The notes below the pieces were generated by a model that saw only the letters and a program-made list of their open reading frames with translations, had not been told where the DNA came from and made no database searches. This document shows, in pieces, positions 1-13,985 of a DNA stretch of 64,000 nucleotides. The translations under genes and the position numbers were made by a program. Position 1 is the first letter of the stretch. Every line of letters begins with the position of its first letter. The DNA comes from Paraspadella gotoi (lineage: Eukaryota > Animalia > Chaetognatha), in NCBI GenBank assembly GCA_051294375.1, contig CM119266.1:11155212-11219211 (forward strand), written 5' to 3'.

Positions 1-691
1 CAAAAATTTCTTCTAGATTTTTTTCTATCGACTTCGATTCGACTTAATTTCCTCTAGTTTTTTTAATGAACTATGGAGGAGTAGGGGTTTTTCTTTATTA
101 GAAGGGAAGTGGCGGCGGTGGGGGGGGGTCCGATAGGGACTCTTTTTCTTTGCAAGATTCTATCTGAAATCCTCAAAAACGAGGAACTAAGGTTTGAACT
201 AAGCGTGGATATTTGCTCAATTTTCCGGTTGTTTTTTTTAGCGACGTTTTTTTTGCATTTTACCGTTGTTCGTGTAACTTTTATCGGGGTAATAGTCAAT
301 TCAGCAAATCGTCAACAATATTAGCGTAAGAAATGGATAATTTTCAAAACACAACGTGCTAATTACATAATTTTTCTTTTTACCCTCAAAAACCGTAGTG
401 ACTTCGATTCTACGTGGCCCCGGATCTTACAGCCCCTTCTTCTGATCCCGAAAACTATCATCATTAACTCCGTGAAAAGAATTGCCCGAAAAATTTGGGA
501 AGTCCCGAGAAAAAGAAGAGAAGGAAGACAGGGAGGAAAGAGAGGGAGTGAGGGAGGAAAGAGAGTGAGAGAGGGAGGAAGGAAGAAAAAAAAGACTATG
601 TCGAACCGATTAACTCCCTCGGCTTTCAATGCCGCCTCATCAAAACACCGGAACGGAGAAATTGAGTCCAAAGAAAAGAGAGTCAAGTTCA

Positions 692-740
<49 letters not shown>

Positions 741-869
741 CTCCTCTCTCTTTCTCCTCCTTTTCTCTTGTGTCTTTATCTCGCTTAGACTCCACTTATG
801 GGACTTTTATTCGGGTCCCCAAACATTTCCAAAAAAATCTTTCTCTTCTCCTTTTTTTCGGGTAGATTG

Positions 870-926
<57 letters not shown>

Positions 927-1457
927 TTCAGTAATTGCCTGGTCTCCTTTAGCGCTCTCTCTCTCTCTCTCTCTCTTCTCTTCTCTCTCGCGAAAAACCT
1001 CTCTANNNNNNNNNNNNNNNNNNNNNNNNNTCTTTCTCTCTCTCTCCTTTCCTCTCTCTTTTCTCTTCTCTTGTGTCTTTATCTCGCTTAGACTCCACTT
1101 ATGGGACTTTATTCGGGTTCCCCAAACATTTCCCAAAAAAAATCTTTCTCTTCTCCCTTTTTTCGGGTAGATTGTGACTCTCTCTCTCTCTCTCATCTCT
1201 CTCTCCTCGTCTCTCTCTTCTCTTCGATTATTGAACTCCTGCTCTCTCTAAGCGCTCTCTCTCTCTCTCTCTCTCTTCTTTCTCTCTCTCACACACACAC
1301 ATAGCTGTTTACCAGTTTTAAATTTCTATCATGTGTATGTTTCTTAAAAGTCTATCATTATGTTTCTATTTTTCTTCGTAGTGAATAAAATCGTATTGAA
1401 GTGACCATATTGTGGTCATGGAACAAAATAAATAGCCGAAAAAAGAAAAAGAATAAA

Positions 1458-4400
1458 ATGAGCGAGTTGCGATGGGAGGATACTAACAACCTGCCTGCGT
1501 CATCGCGGCCTTAATCCTATTCCTGTGGCGAACGAGGATTACAAGGCCGAGTTAGCCGCAAATATCTGAGCGAACCATGGCAGAATCACGAAAATCGCGC
1601 GAGTCTCTCGCCATTCTTAAAAGCGAAACGCCATGTCGTTGATCTAGTTTCCCTTGCATTTCGCAGGACCCGATACAATCCTCTGATGATGACGACGGCC
1701 GAAATCCCAAAAATGTCGTCATTTTCGAAAGAAATCTTTGTCCGCCATTCAGGACATTTACATCGGCTCATTGACGACTGCGACCGACGCCAGGTTTTCT
1801 TTAGCTAATTTTGCATTTTCTACCCGCTCACTCTCTCACCCACCCTCTCCTATCATATAAACTCTTTTCATCTTCCTTGCGCCTAAGGATATTAGAGCGA
1901 ATTATTTTTAATCTTCATTAGGGTCTTATCACGGATTTTGATAAAAAACCACAACAATTTGCGAGAAGAATTAAAAGTCGCGAAAGAGCGTTCGCCGTCG
2001 TCGTTCGCACCTCCGGTGAAGCCCCAACTGCCCGTGGTTTCTGGAAATGTGAACAATAACAACAATAACGACGCGTCGACCCATGTATTGCTTAAATGGG
2101 AAATTTTGTAGACTTTTTTCCCTTCAACTTGATATTTTGAATACAGCTAAAGACTCGAAGGACGAGCGACGAGAGCTTTTTCCCCTCCTGCGGCAAGAAC
2201 GACCAGGCCACTCGCAAGGAAATGCAACGATTAAAGCTGAGAACGCGGCGAAAGAATTAAAGTATCGGACCATTGGTACGAGCACGAAAGGATCATTAAG
2301 CCAATAAGTAGTTTCGTTAGAAAATTAATTCGATCAGGAAATCAAGCGACGATTATTGGAAATGGAGGCGGAGGAGGAGCGACGTCGCCGACGGCCAGGA
2401 CGTCATTTTCGACAATTAAAGAAAAAGATCGGCCCGGGCTCCAGCTCGAACGATGCTAAGATGCTCGACGTTATCGATATGTACGAGAGGGAGTTGGAGA
2501 GGATCGAAAAAGGATCGAGGATTAGGTACCGAGTTATTTAATACTAAGACTATAGCAAATGACTCATTAAAAATTACAATCCAAATCAGAAACGCCGTCT
2601 TCCCCCGCTCCCGCTTTCTTCTTCCCCCGCTTCTGTCGTCTTTTTTTCCGCGAGCGCCTCGGACGAAAAATCATGGAGAAACTTCGAGCGCTCACGGGAA
2701 TAATCCTCACTCGACCTCTCCGGTCGTTTCGATGAGGAATTACGACAAGGAGCTGCGGGAGGCTGAGGAAGGGATGAGGGGATGGAAGTTGGAGATGGGG
2801 ACTCAAAAAGGACATCGAGTCGAGACCCACGGTCGATGACCTCGTCTCTGGTGAGTATAAGTTTTGAAGTAATTTGCTGCATTCGTCGTCGCAAATTTAT
2901 ACATTTATTGGCACTATTTTACTTTCGCCGACTGGAACCGAACAGTCAGTTATTTTTCTATGCGCTATGATCATTACCGTGTTCAATAGTACAAGAAAAA
3001 AAGTAAAGTTTGGGAAGGTTTAGTGTATTTACGGTTAAGGGTTTTTTTTTTTTGCGCAAAATCTTTTTTTTACGAAAAAAAATCCCCGACCGAGAAGTCC
3101 AAACAGTGGACAATTTTAACCGATTTATTTTTTATATAATAATTTAGTTATTATTATAATTATTATATTTAATAGGCAAAACAGAATCTTGGAACTGAAA
3201 AGAAACTGGAAGCGGAGAAAAATTCTGGCCTCGGTCACCGAGATTAAACTATTCACCTCGATCAGGTGGTTATAAAGGATTAATAAAGGAATTTATAAAG
3301 GATGTTAGGCTCAATCTTTAATGAACATATTCGTCTTTTTTCTAACGGTCGAGCAGGCGTCGACGAGGCGGTGCTATGCTTGGATAAGTTAAAGGAAAGC
3401 TCGGGTCTCGTCGTCGTTAGATGTCGTCTGGAAAAGTGAACACCTCGCGCAGACGCAGGCGACGCTAAAAAAGCCGAGAAGGTTCTTAGGAGAATCGCGA
3501 CATCGTCGACGGGCGACGAGGTATCATTTCAAGTAATAATATTAATTATTTTTTCAACTAAGAAGCATCTTTATCATTCGTTCTAGACATCGAAACACAA
3601 AACGTGGTGCTCAATTCGTCCAACCCGAAATTATAGAAACCTTGAAAGATGGCGAGTGGAAGTGACTCAAATCGACGCGGCTCAGAAGACGGCCGAACAG
3701 CTTAATCTCAACCTGTTGGGGGAACCGTTTCAGTCCACCGGAAAGACCACAACTAAAAGCGTCGTTCGGATTTTGGGTTAGGGCTTCCCCCCAAAAAAAA
3801 AACCCTAATAGGATTAGTTGACGAGATTTACAAATGATTGAATATTGAGCACTTGTGCAAATTATTCGCAGAAAATCTGACAAAGAACAACTCTCTCCCA
3901 TCGTTCGAAAACGCGAAAACGGTGAAAGAAGCTAATCGCGGACGTTGACTGTCATCGTCTCTCATTTTCAGAATCTTTTCCGACGTGAAAGAGGTTGAGG
4001 CCATGATCTTCATGTCCGTCATTTATGATAAATACGTATATACATATCTTTTATACCCTTATATTCTTTCTCAAGCTGCCTAACGTCGTCCTCGCATAAA
4101 TGACGTATACAACAAAATAAACGAAATGCAAAACATCATGAAGGCTCTTTCCGAGATTTTGGGTTAGACCGAGAAAAGTCCGGAGGATGGCCGTCGTCGA
4201 TGCGGGTTAGACGTTTTCGTGTAATTACTTTATTCCTAGGCGAATGTAATTGGGCGGTGTAGTTTTTTTATCGGGTTAACTTGTCTCAAAAAATAATTAT
4301 TTAGCTTGTTGACCATCGATGTTTTTTTTTCTTTCAGTGGCCCAACTCTCAAATGCCGTCAAGCGACGGCGACTCGTCAATTGCAGGAGGTTTTGGGAGT

Positions 4401-4551
4401 CAAAGACCTGGAGATCCGTCGTACAACAAATCGGAGAGCATCAAGAGTTCTGCCCAGTCTTTACTATCATCAACAGAAAGTCATGGAAACGCTTGTTGTT
4501 GACAGTCCCGACAAAGTTTCTACCTGCTATCCAGTCGTTAAAAACTGTTAG
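1458..4551 (+). CDS. CEP70: Centrosomal protein 70 kDa-like gene, multi-exon with short introns; apparent frameshifts are probably sequencing errors
   Basis: Manual translation with indels corrected by eye. N-terminus MSELRWEDTNNLLRHRGLNPIPVANE resembles the CEP70 N-terminal W-x-x-x-N-x-L-L-x-x-x-G-L-x-P segment. Central coiled-coil exons (QEIKRRLLEMEAEE..., KMLDVIDMYERELERIEK). C-terminal ...PRINDVYNKINEMQNIMKALSEILG... (~4085-4165) and ...RQLQEVLGVKDL..VVQQIGEHQEFCPVFTIINRKVMETLVVDSPDK..PAIQSLK match my recollection of the CEP70 C-terminal domain (VYPRMNEVY.../EHEEFFPAF). Stop TAG 4549-4551. Start codon and internal exon bounds are approximate. Confidence 0.8.
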
Positions 4552-4822
4552 CCACTCCGCACCTGTACACGACATCGTGAAGTTTGATTCCCTCGCCTCT
4601 CTGTTGATAGTTTTAGTATATTAGTAGTCTCAAGATTGTTTTTAAACGCTCGGTGTAATATTTTTTTCCGTTTGTATTTATTTTTTGAATGCTTAAATTT
4701 TTTAACTTCTCTCTCTCCAAACTGCCTTTTATTCGACAAATCTACTCAGTTTCCCCTTTCACGAATCGCTGCGGATTTCCCCCTTCTTCGCCAAATTTTC
4801 CCCGCCCAACGGACATTTGCAT

Positions 4823-6526
4823 ATGAGTCAAAAAGTGGAAAAACCTGTCTTCAAGGTCAACGCATCAAGACCAGGAAAAGGATGAAAAAGAGAAATACGG
4901 ACCGAACTTCGTTCAGGGATGCAATTTCCAAGGATTCTTCCGAAGCAAGGATCTAGATCAAGTCTCCAAATTCCTCGATGCTGCTTGGCTCGAAATTAGA
5001 TTACAGGTAACGAAAACACTTTTCCCTTGAGTTCTTTCCTCATCAAGACATTTGGAGTCCGTTTTTTTGCTTTCAAAGGCTTTACGGCGGAAACGCTGTT
5101 CGATATCCTCTTCACGGGTGGAATCCTCGCCCCGGAGGCGCCGTCGTCGACGATTGGCGACACGAACAAATCATCCAGACGGAGTCCGCGGTTCTTTGAC
5201 CAGGACGCGGACACACAGAGCCTCAAGGCGTTCACTCAGGTGCAGCCCCGACGGTTGTTGACGCAGACTTCTTTAAACATAGAACTTATATATTTTACTT
5301 CAAACTCTAATTTTTAAGGTTTTCGTGAAGCTGATTCGCCCGGTATAAGTACCTGGAACGGGCCTTCGAAGATGAGATGAAGAGGTGCTGATGTACACCA
5401 AAGGTTTTTTGGCCGGAACAACGTCCAAAAGCTGTCCATCGTTACGGCAATTTTCCCTGGCCAGGTTTGTTTCGTCTCGATTTACCTAACTTTTATTTCC
5501 CGAGATCATTTTATAAAATGTAATGTGATCCCAGGCCTGGTGGCGCCAAGCGTCCTCAGCTCCCTCTTTCAAGAGCATCTCATCAAAGAAGGGATTGCTT
5601 TTGGACTTCCTTCACGGAACTGCTCCATGCTTGGCTGTCGGAGCGCGAGGCCTCCACGGTGTGGGCGGCGCTCAAAAGGCCGGCGTTGACACGCGCCTTA
5701 TGGAGTTGATGCCGAGCTCCCAGCGCAGCCGGAAGAACTTCAAGAGCCACTCAACTCGGCCGGCCTCCAGCAGGTCGTCGCCTTCGTTCAAAACCAACAG
5801 AACCAGGCCGTTAAGAAGGAAGTTAGTCTCCTCAGTCGAAAAGTTGGTCAAAGACGGCGACCAATCAAGGAGATCATTCAACACGTCAAGGAGCACAGGA
5901 AAAGCTCCAGCTGCCGAACACGAACTGGTGGTCCTGGGTCTGGTCTACCCTCATGGGCACAGTAGAATGGAACAAAAAGGAGGACTTGGTCGCGGATCAG
6001 GCGCCAAGCATCTGAGATTTACGCTCCGCTGCGCTGGCCACGTAGGTTGGAGGAAAGAATTGACGGTTACCTAAACCCAGTTCGATAATAGTAATAAAGA
6101 AATAGACGCTACAATTCTTACATATTATTTTGATATTTTATATTATTACGTACATCATTGATGAGGAGGGAAGGAACAAAGACCCTTTCATATTTTTTCC
6201 AAATTTTCTTGTTTATTCTTGGATTACTAATTTATTTTTTCTTAAAGTTTGGCCACCTCGGACAAGTCGGAGCTGACCCTCTATCTGAAAGTCAGAGTAC
6301 TGCTACGAACACATGGTATTCCAACGCGTCTTTCAGAAGATTATTCAACCTCTTCTACAAACAAAGAAGTCTTGTCGAGGACACCCATTCTCAAGTTGGT
6401 ACCGAGGCCCACTCCCGAAGGCAAAACACATTTCCTGGATCAGATGAAAAGTTCATCGAATGGCTGAGAACGCCGAGGAAGAGGACGACGACGAGGACGA
6501 GAGGAAGAAGAGACGAAGAAGACTAA
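4823..6526 (+). CDS. BZW: Basic leucine zipper and W2 domain protein (eIF5-mimic, BZW1/2 / krasavietz), about 5 exons
   Basis: ATG at 4823 gives MSQKVEKPV.QGQRIKTRKR..KEKY..TSFRDAI. Later exons give AGSKLDYR / AETLFDILFTGGILAPGG, VFVKLIRRYKYLE, VEWNKKEDLVADQA, SELTLYLKV, EVL.EDTILK, GKTHFLDQMK.FIEWL..AEEEDD, the conserved BZW motifs including the W2 acidic/aromatic boxes. GT-AG introns at about 5007-5078, 5240-5318, 5465-5534 and 6042-6247. Stop TAA 6524-6526. Several single-base indels. Confidence 0.95.
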
Positions 6527-8638
6527 GAAGACTGAGGCAAGAGAGGCGGGACTGAAAGTCGCCCACGCCTAGGAATGTCGACTTTTGACGAGACTTTGAG
6601 AGAGACAGAGCCCAAGGAGGTAGCTTCCTTATCCAAAATATATTTGGACAATCTGTAACCTTTACAAGGTTTAGCAAAATATATTAACGAAATTCAGTGA
6701 CTACCCCTATTCATTCTAATAAAAAAAAGACTATACTTTAACTCGAACGTTATATTATCAAAATATACAGTTTTTCCCCCTCCTACTTTTTTGTTGTATC
6801 CCTCGGTCAGATTACTTGGTGACTTATAGCTTTTTTTCGTGTGTGTGTACTTTCGTTAATGTTCTAGCATTAACACGAGTCTTGTCCTGCTGCATTAATG
6901 ATTAGTTTTGTTCGACGAGCAAAGATGTACAGTATGTTGTGCGAAATTCCACATTTTTTTATGCACGCATTAAATTTTTCATTCTTTTTGCTTTTTTTTT
7001 GTTGTCCTATTTTTTGTGTGCGATGATAAAAGAATGAATTCTGCTCCATATTTTTATCTTCTGTACAAAAAAAAGGAAGATGGGTGATCTTTTGTGGCAA
7101 CTGGAAATTAAAGAGAAAGATAATCACACCTTGAGTCGTTGATCGTGATTTGCTCAAAAACGAATCCACGACGATGATGCACGCTTAAAAACCTCTTAAA
7201 AAAAACAAAATTTTTTTTTTCTATTTTTAGTTTTTCAAACGTGAAAATAAAGAATCTACTGCTCGGATATCGTTTCCCTTCTCACAAAATGACGCATTTT
7301 ATCGTACAAAACTCTCATGCAATAAAAGTGATTTCGGGAATGAATTTTAAATAACTAATAATAATTTTTAAAAAAATATTGGTTTGTAGAATATACCTGA
7401 GTCCGTTCGCGAGTGACACCAAAAAAATGCGTATCATTCTCATTGTATAAATATTTTTTAAATTTCTTTTTCTCTAATTTCTATCCTTTCGCCCTATTTT
7501 TTTTCTTTCTTCAATTTTCGTTTTGAAGTCATTAAATTGAGAAGAGAGTTTTTGGCGCGAACTCAACGACTGATAAGAAAAGAACAAGAAAAACAAGAAA
7601 CAAAATGACAACGGAATTAAAATTCTAGAAAACAAAGTCAAGGTTTGACAAAATTATGATGCGGTCACAAGAATCCAAGACAGAACGATCCACAACAATC
7701 CACTTTTATTACTAGTCGAGATCGAAGCTCAGCGTTGAGGTTTTTGATTTGGCAATACGAAAATATAAATGCATCGCACGTAATAACAGTTCGGGCCGTC
7801 TTTAATGGATACAATATCCACGTGGTTTTCCGACTGATAAAATTTTTTTCCTACTCACCTTAGTACATATTATTTTTACGTTCGACCTCTAGATTTTCCA
7901 AACTCAATATTTTTTTGAGTCAGAATTTAAATCTATATCTTAACGAAATTTTTTTTTTCTTTTTCCTTCGTGATGACGTCGATAAAATTAACATCTTCCC
8001 AGATTTTTTTTTTCCTTCCTTCGTCCCTCATTACTTCGTAATTTCGCGCGAAAATTTTTTTTTTCGGCGACGATTTTTACCTTTCTTAATTTTCCGCGTC
8101 GCCGCCTTCCGCCGCAGCCGACGCCGTACGGCGCACGGCGCCGTCGGATGCGGCGGAAGCGGATGTCGCGTGAAGGACGTTTCGACGTCGGAAGGTTAAC
8201 GCGCGCCGCGCCGCTGCCTTACAACAGCGCCGCATCATGACACTTCCTCATCTTCGTTTTCGACATCCGGGTCGTCTGGGTTTTTAAAGTTGTCGTTGTT
8301 GTCATTATTTTATTGACAGTTTTGATGTAGTTACTGACGATTCAACCCAAGGGAAATAATCGTCTCCTGGTCAACCGCTTCATTATCCCGTAGGAACATT
8401 GCACCAGAAACGAGAGAGAGAGAGATAGACCTACATCTCTTAATTAAATAACTAATAAATACGCTATAAACGAGACACTATCGTGTCATCCAGATAAAGA
8501 TATATATCGCGTAATTGTCTGGGGGTAGAATGGTGTTGATCCATCGACCTTTTGCGTCGAAATGAGCTAATCTATCCATCTCTCCACCGAATCCCTCCAT
8601 GATAAAAAAATCTCAGCCGCTTATTATTCATGAACCAA

Positions 8639-8753
<115 letters not shown>

Positions 8754-9466
8754 GGCACGCGTAGGTTACATAATTCACTACGCGTCAACCTACATCTCTC
8801 ACGTGAAAGTGAGTTAAAAAACCTCCTCTATGTCCTTATTTTGTCTTCTTGAAGAGAAGCGTCTCTCTCTATTTTTTTTGGTGATACCGTGCGATTATAT
8901 TGGGTTGTTTTCGTTCAAATTTTAAAAATACAAAAATTAAGAAGTAAATTCGCACACACAAAGATTGTATCCTTTTTGTTGTATGAAATTAATATTATTT
9001 TATTGTAATTTTATAAACAAGGACTTAAGATGGAAGTCACTATGGATGTCTCTAATCAGACCTCTCAGAGAGAAATCCTCTATGCGTCCTTATTCTTGTC
9101 TTCTTCGACCGACAGACAGCTCCTCTCTATTTTTTATTTCGCGCTCGCATCACCAGTCGCGCATCTATTTCAATCAAGAAATAAGAATATTCTCTTCTTC
9201 CATCTCTCACACACCACACCAACTAATCTTTATATAAACTTTCAATATTAAGACATTTACTTAGTTCAAAGACTTCAACATTTTAAAAATAAAAATTAAG
9301 ATGTATAGTGTCATATAATTATCTTAGTGTCTTACTTCCGTAATAAAAGTAACCCAATGCGACTTAACGATGGGAAGTCGAATGATTCCGGCATGTCTCG
9401 TCACATCCCGAGGCGCGGAGCCGCCGATGCCTCTTATTAATGACAGCTATAATTTAATTAAAATTT

Positions 9467-9891
9467 GAACAACCCACAATCTATTTTTAGTGTTTTTTTC
9501 GGCGACCCACCCTGTATTCGTCCGTGTACACGCCCGTTGGCCCCGAGATGAATGACGGTAGTGACGCTAACGCGCGAGGCGACGGGGCGAAAGCCGAGGT
9601 CGAACGCGGGGCGTGGCGCGGGGCCGGAGCGCGCGGTTTTCGGGGCGGCCGGCTCGGCCCCGGCTCTCGTCCGGCTCTCAGCCCGACGTCGCCCGGCAGC
9701 CGCGGCAACGATGAAGGAATGGATGTCGGGCAACGCGTCTCGCCCCGACGAGCGCGTGACCCGACAATGTGCGGAAAAGCGTCTTGAGGATGACGACTCG
9801 AAATTTTATGTAGAGATAATGGACACTGGAACCGGGAATGAAAGGGGGGTGGGGAGAGAGGGGGGCGAAGATGATTGAGAGCTGGAGAAAT

Positions 9892-9989
<98 letters not shown>

Positions 9990-10112
9990 TAACCGGGAAA
10001 ACGGGGAGAAATCCAAGGTAAGTGAGATAGAGAGAGACTCGAGAAAGACACTAAGGTGCGGAAAGAACGGAATCTCTCCCTCTCCCCCTCTCTCTCTCTC
10101 TCTCTCCTCTCT

Positions 10113-10143
<31 letters not shown>

Positions 10144-11917
10144 CTCTCTCTCCTCTCTCTCTCTCTTCTCTCTCTCCCCTCCTCCTCCTGCTTTTTCCTT
10201 CTTCGTTATCATAACGGGTTAAGCATTCGGCGGGGGAATCTTTTGGGATTACCTTAAGTCCCCCTCCTCGAAAAAAAAGAAATCCGGGAAAAAAGGATTT
10301 TCGTACCGTCGCGTTTTTTTAAACGATAATTCGGGACCTTGGGAAGAATGCTGGCGACCATCATGCGGGCAACGAGCGATGAGAGACGATCATTTTAAGG
10401 GAGGAAGAAGAGGTAGGGTAAGAGAGGGTTGTGATGATGCTTGTGAGATAATGAAGGTGCGAAAAGATTTGAGAAAAAGGTTAAAAGCTGTATTTTTCTT
10501 TCTTGGCTGAATTTAACGTCTGCTGCGGAAACGTCTGTTCTACGTGCCTCACTGTTCAGCTTGGAATGGGTAATCTTTCTCTCTCCGTCACTCTATGTCT
10601 CCTCCCTCTTCCCGTCTCGGTCTCTTCTCCTCAGTCTCTACAGTCGTCGTGTATTCGCCTCGCTCGATCCTCCAGTCACTATCCGCCTCTCCTCTCTGCC
10701 GCTATCTAATGTTCTCTCGTCCTCTCCTCCTCATCCATCATCATTTCTCAGTCTTCTGCTGCTCTCATCGTCTCTCCTCTCTCTGCTCAGCTTCGGTAGT
10801 GTTCTACGTCTCTCTCCTCTTCTCGCAGTCTCTCTGCCTCTCATCTCTCCCGTTCTCTTTCTCTTTTCTCTCGTGGTCCTCTCTCTCCTCTCTCTCTTCT
10901 CTCTCTCTCTCTACTCTCTCTCTCTCATCTCTCCTACGCTTTCCTTCCCTCTTCCAATCTCCTCTGCTCTCTCTCTCAATCCTTGTTCTCTTTCCGTTTT
11001 TCGCGAAGTCGGTTTCGTCGCATCGAACGTCATTTTACGACCGCGTGGCGACGGGGAAGAATCCCGCTGTTCTTTGCTAATTATCTTTTGCAGCGGATGT
11101 GTCAGAGACGAGGGAGAAGAGAGAGGGAAGAGAGAGAGAGAGAGAGAGCAGAAGAGAGAGTGAGACAGAGAGAGAGAGAGAGATGAGAGAGATGATGAAG
11201 CAAAAGAGAGAATGAGAGAGAGAGGAAGAGAGAATAAATGCATTTTAAATTTGTTCGGTTATTGTCAGAATGTCAACACATTAGTTATTTTACATCATTA
11301 TTATTCATTAAATAACTTAATAAAATGCAAATTTAAATTGAATTTTACACTAAAAATAGTAAAGAATTTAGTTTAAAATGATCAGCTAAAGCATCTTAAG
11401 TTAAACGCCGTATAACAGATTACCAGAGAGGTACTAGTCGAGGTNNNNNNNNNNNNNNNNNNNNNNNNNACCCTAGTTAATACATTATAATTTAATTAAA
11501 ATTTGAACACGCCAGCCAATCTATTTTTAGTTTTTTTCGGCGACCACCCTGTATCGTCCGTGTACACGCCCGTTGGCCCCGAGATGAATGACGGTAGTGA
11601 CGCTAGACGCGAGGCGACGGGGCGAAGCCGAGGTCGAACCGCGGGGCGTGGCGCGGGGCCGGAGCGGTTTTCGGGCGGCCGGCCGCTCGCCCCGGCTCTC
11701 GTCCGGCTCTCGCCCGACGTCGCCCGGCAGCCGCGGCCAACGATGAAGATGGATGTCGGGCAACGCGTCTCGCCCCGACGAGCGCGTGACCCTCGACAAT
11801 GTGCGGAAAAGCGTCTTGAGATGACGACTCGAATTTTATGTAGAGATAATGGAACTGGAACCGGGAATGAAGGGGGGGTGGGAGAGGGGGGCGAAGATGA
11901 TTGAGAGCAGGAGAAGA

Positions 11918-12008
<91 letters not shown>

Positions 12009-12119
12009 TAAACCGGGAAAACGGGGAGAAATTCCAAGGTAAGTGAGATGAGAGAGAGCTCGAGAAAGACACTAAGGTGCGAGAAGAACGGAATCTTCTC
12101 TCTCTCTTCTCTCTCTCCT

Positions 12120-12161
<42 letters not shown>

Positions 12162-12560
12162 CTCCTCTCTTCTCTCTCTTTCTTTTTTTCCTCCCTTTTC
12201 TTCTTCGTTATCATAACGGGTTAAGCTTTCGGCGGGGGAACTTTTTGGGATTACCTTAAGTCCCCCCCTCGAAAAAAAGAAATCCCGGGAAAAAAGGATT
12301 TTCGTCGTCGCTTTTTTAACACGATAATTCGGGGACCTTGGGAAGATGCTGGCGACCATCAGCGGGCAACGAGCGATGAGAGACGATCATTTTAAGGGAG
12401 GAAGAAGAGGTACGGTAGAGTAGGGTTGTGATGATGCTTGTGAGATAATGAAGGTGCGAAAAGATTTGAGAAAAAGGTTAAAAAGTGTATTTTTCTTTCT
12501 TGGTGAATTTAACGTTGTGCGAAACTCTTCTTCGTGCCTCACTGTATTCAGCTGAGACAA
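9467..12560 (+). repeat. Direct duplication of ~1.1 kb (9467-10560 vs 11487-12560)
   Basis: The same GC-rich block (gtgtacacgcccgttggccccgagatgaatgacgg...) and downstream unique sequence occur twice and differ mainly by 1-bp indels. The second copy starts right after a 25-N gap (11445-11469). Confidence 0.9.
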
Positions 12561-13856
12561 TGGAGTTATCCTTATCCCTCTCTCTCTTCCCTCTCTCTCT
12601 CTTCTCTCTCTCCCTCTCTCTCGCTCTCTTTCTCTCTCTCCCTCCTTCTCTCTCTGCTCCTCTCGGCGCGCCGAGAGGAGAGAGAGAGAGCCGAACGTCT
12701 CCTCTTCTAATTCTTTGATTTGCTTTTTGACTAACATTCCTCGCCTTCTAGAAACCTCTCTCGCATCTTCTCTCTCTCTCTCTCACTAAAATCAAATTAC
12801 CTCACAACACCTTAACACTATCACAAATCCTCTCTCTCACTCTCCCCGGGAATACCCAAAAAATGTTTTCATTTTGTTGGGTTATTTATCCTGTCGGTTT
12901 TATACCTGCTTCGCGTTTGTCCGGAATGCCCATCTCGTTTTTTTTTTCTTCTCACGCTTTTTTCCAGCTCGATATTTTCATCCTCGCCTAAGTCATTAAA
13001 GGAAATTACTTCTTTTTTTTTGTTGGAAAATAGTTTTCTATATTTTATTTATCCTATCTTAGATATCCTGCCTATCTTCCTCTCTCTTCATCTCTCGGCT
13101 CTCCCTCTCTCCTCTCTGGAAGTCAAAACATCTTAGGGTCTTTCTCGGGGCCACGTCAAGTCGTCACGTGGAGGCCGCCATCTTGAACGAGCTAAGGCGG
13201 AGCTGGTGAATCTTTAACGCGCCTTTTTTTTCTTTTGTTTTCTCTGTCGCAGACGAAAGCGGAAAGTTGAATTATTGAACGGCAGAGGGCTTCGTCGGCC
13301 AGTTTAATAATTGATACGCTAGAGGGCATAGTAACTAAGTTCTGTATATAAATGAATAGATGTTTCTTCTTATTTTTTTTTATCGTTGGGATTCTTTGTA
13401 AATTTTGTTTTACTTTATTTCCTTTGTGAATGTCTGTGAAGCTCACCGTCTCATTTTCATTCATGATATATCACGGCGGAGAAGAAAAAAAAAGACCAAA
13501 GATTCGGAAAACGAGACGAAAGGAAAAATGAACTCGAAAAGACAAAAAAAAAAAGAAAAGAAGCAAATAAAAAGGAGATTAGGAAAGAAAGGAAAGAAGA
13601 AAGGAGGAAAAAGAAAAGAGGAAAAAGGAAAAGAAGAAAAAAGAAGATTTTTGCATAGGCGCGAAGGAGATGAAGTTCGGCCTCCGACGGTTGAAGGATG
13701 AACTAAGTAAAAGATAAATAAATCTGGAATGCAAACAAGAGAACCGCAGACAGAAGCAGCTCATCCTTGGCAAAGCCAGACATAATGATAAAAGAAGAAG
13801 GATTGGAGACAAAAGAAAGGCGATGTGGGGGGAAGGGAAGGGAAAAGAAAGAGAGG

Positions 13857-13985
<129 letters not shown>

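Noticed and set aside
472-1304. Long ORFs rich in SL/ER repeats (here and throughout the ORF track)
   Set aside because: They are translations of (CT)n/(AG)n microsatellites and N gaps, which lack stop codons.
1458-6526. CEP70 and BZW as pseudogenes because of many frameshifts
   Set aside because: Introns and conserved residues are intact and the lesions are 1-bp indels like those between duplicated reads elsewhere; unpolished long-read error is more likely.
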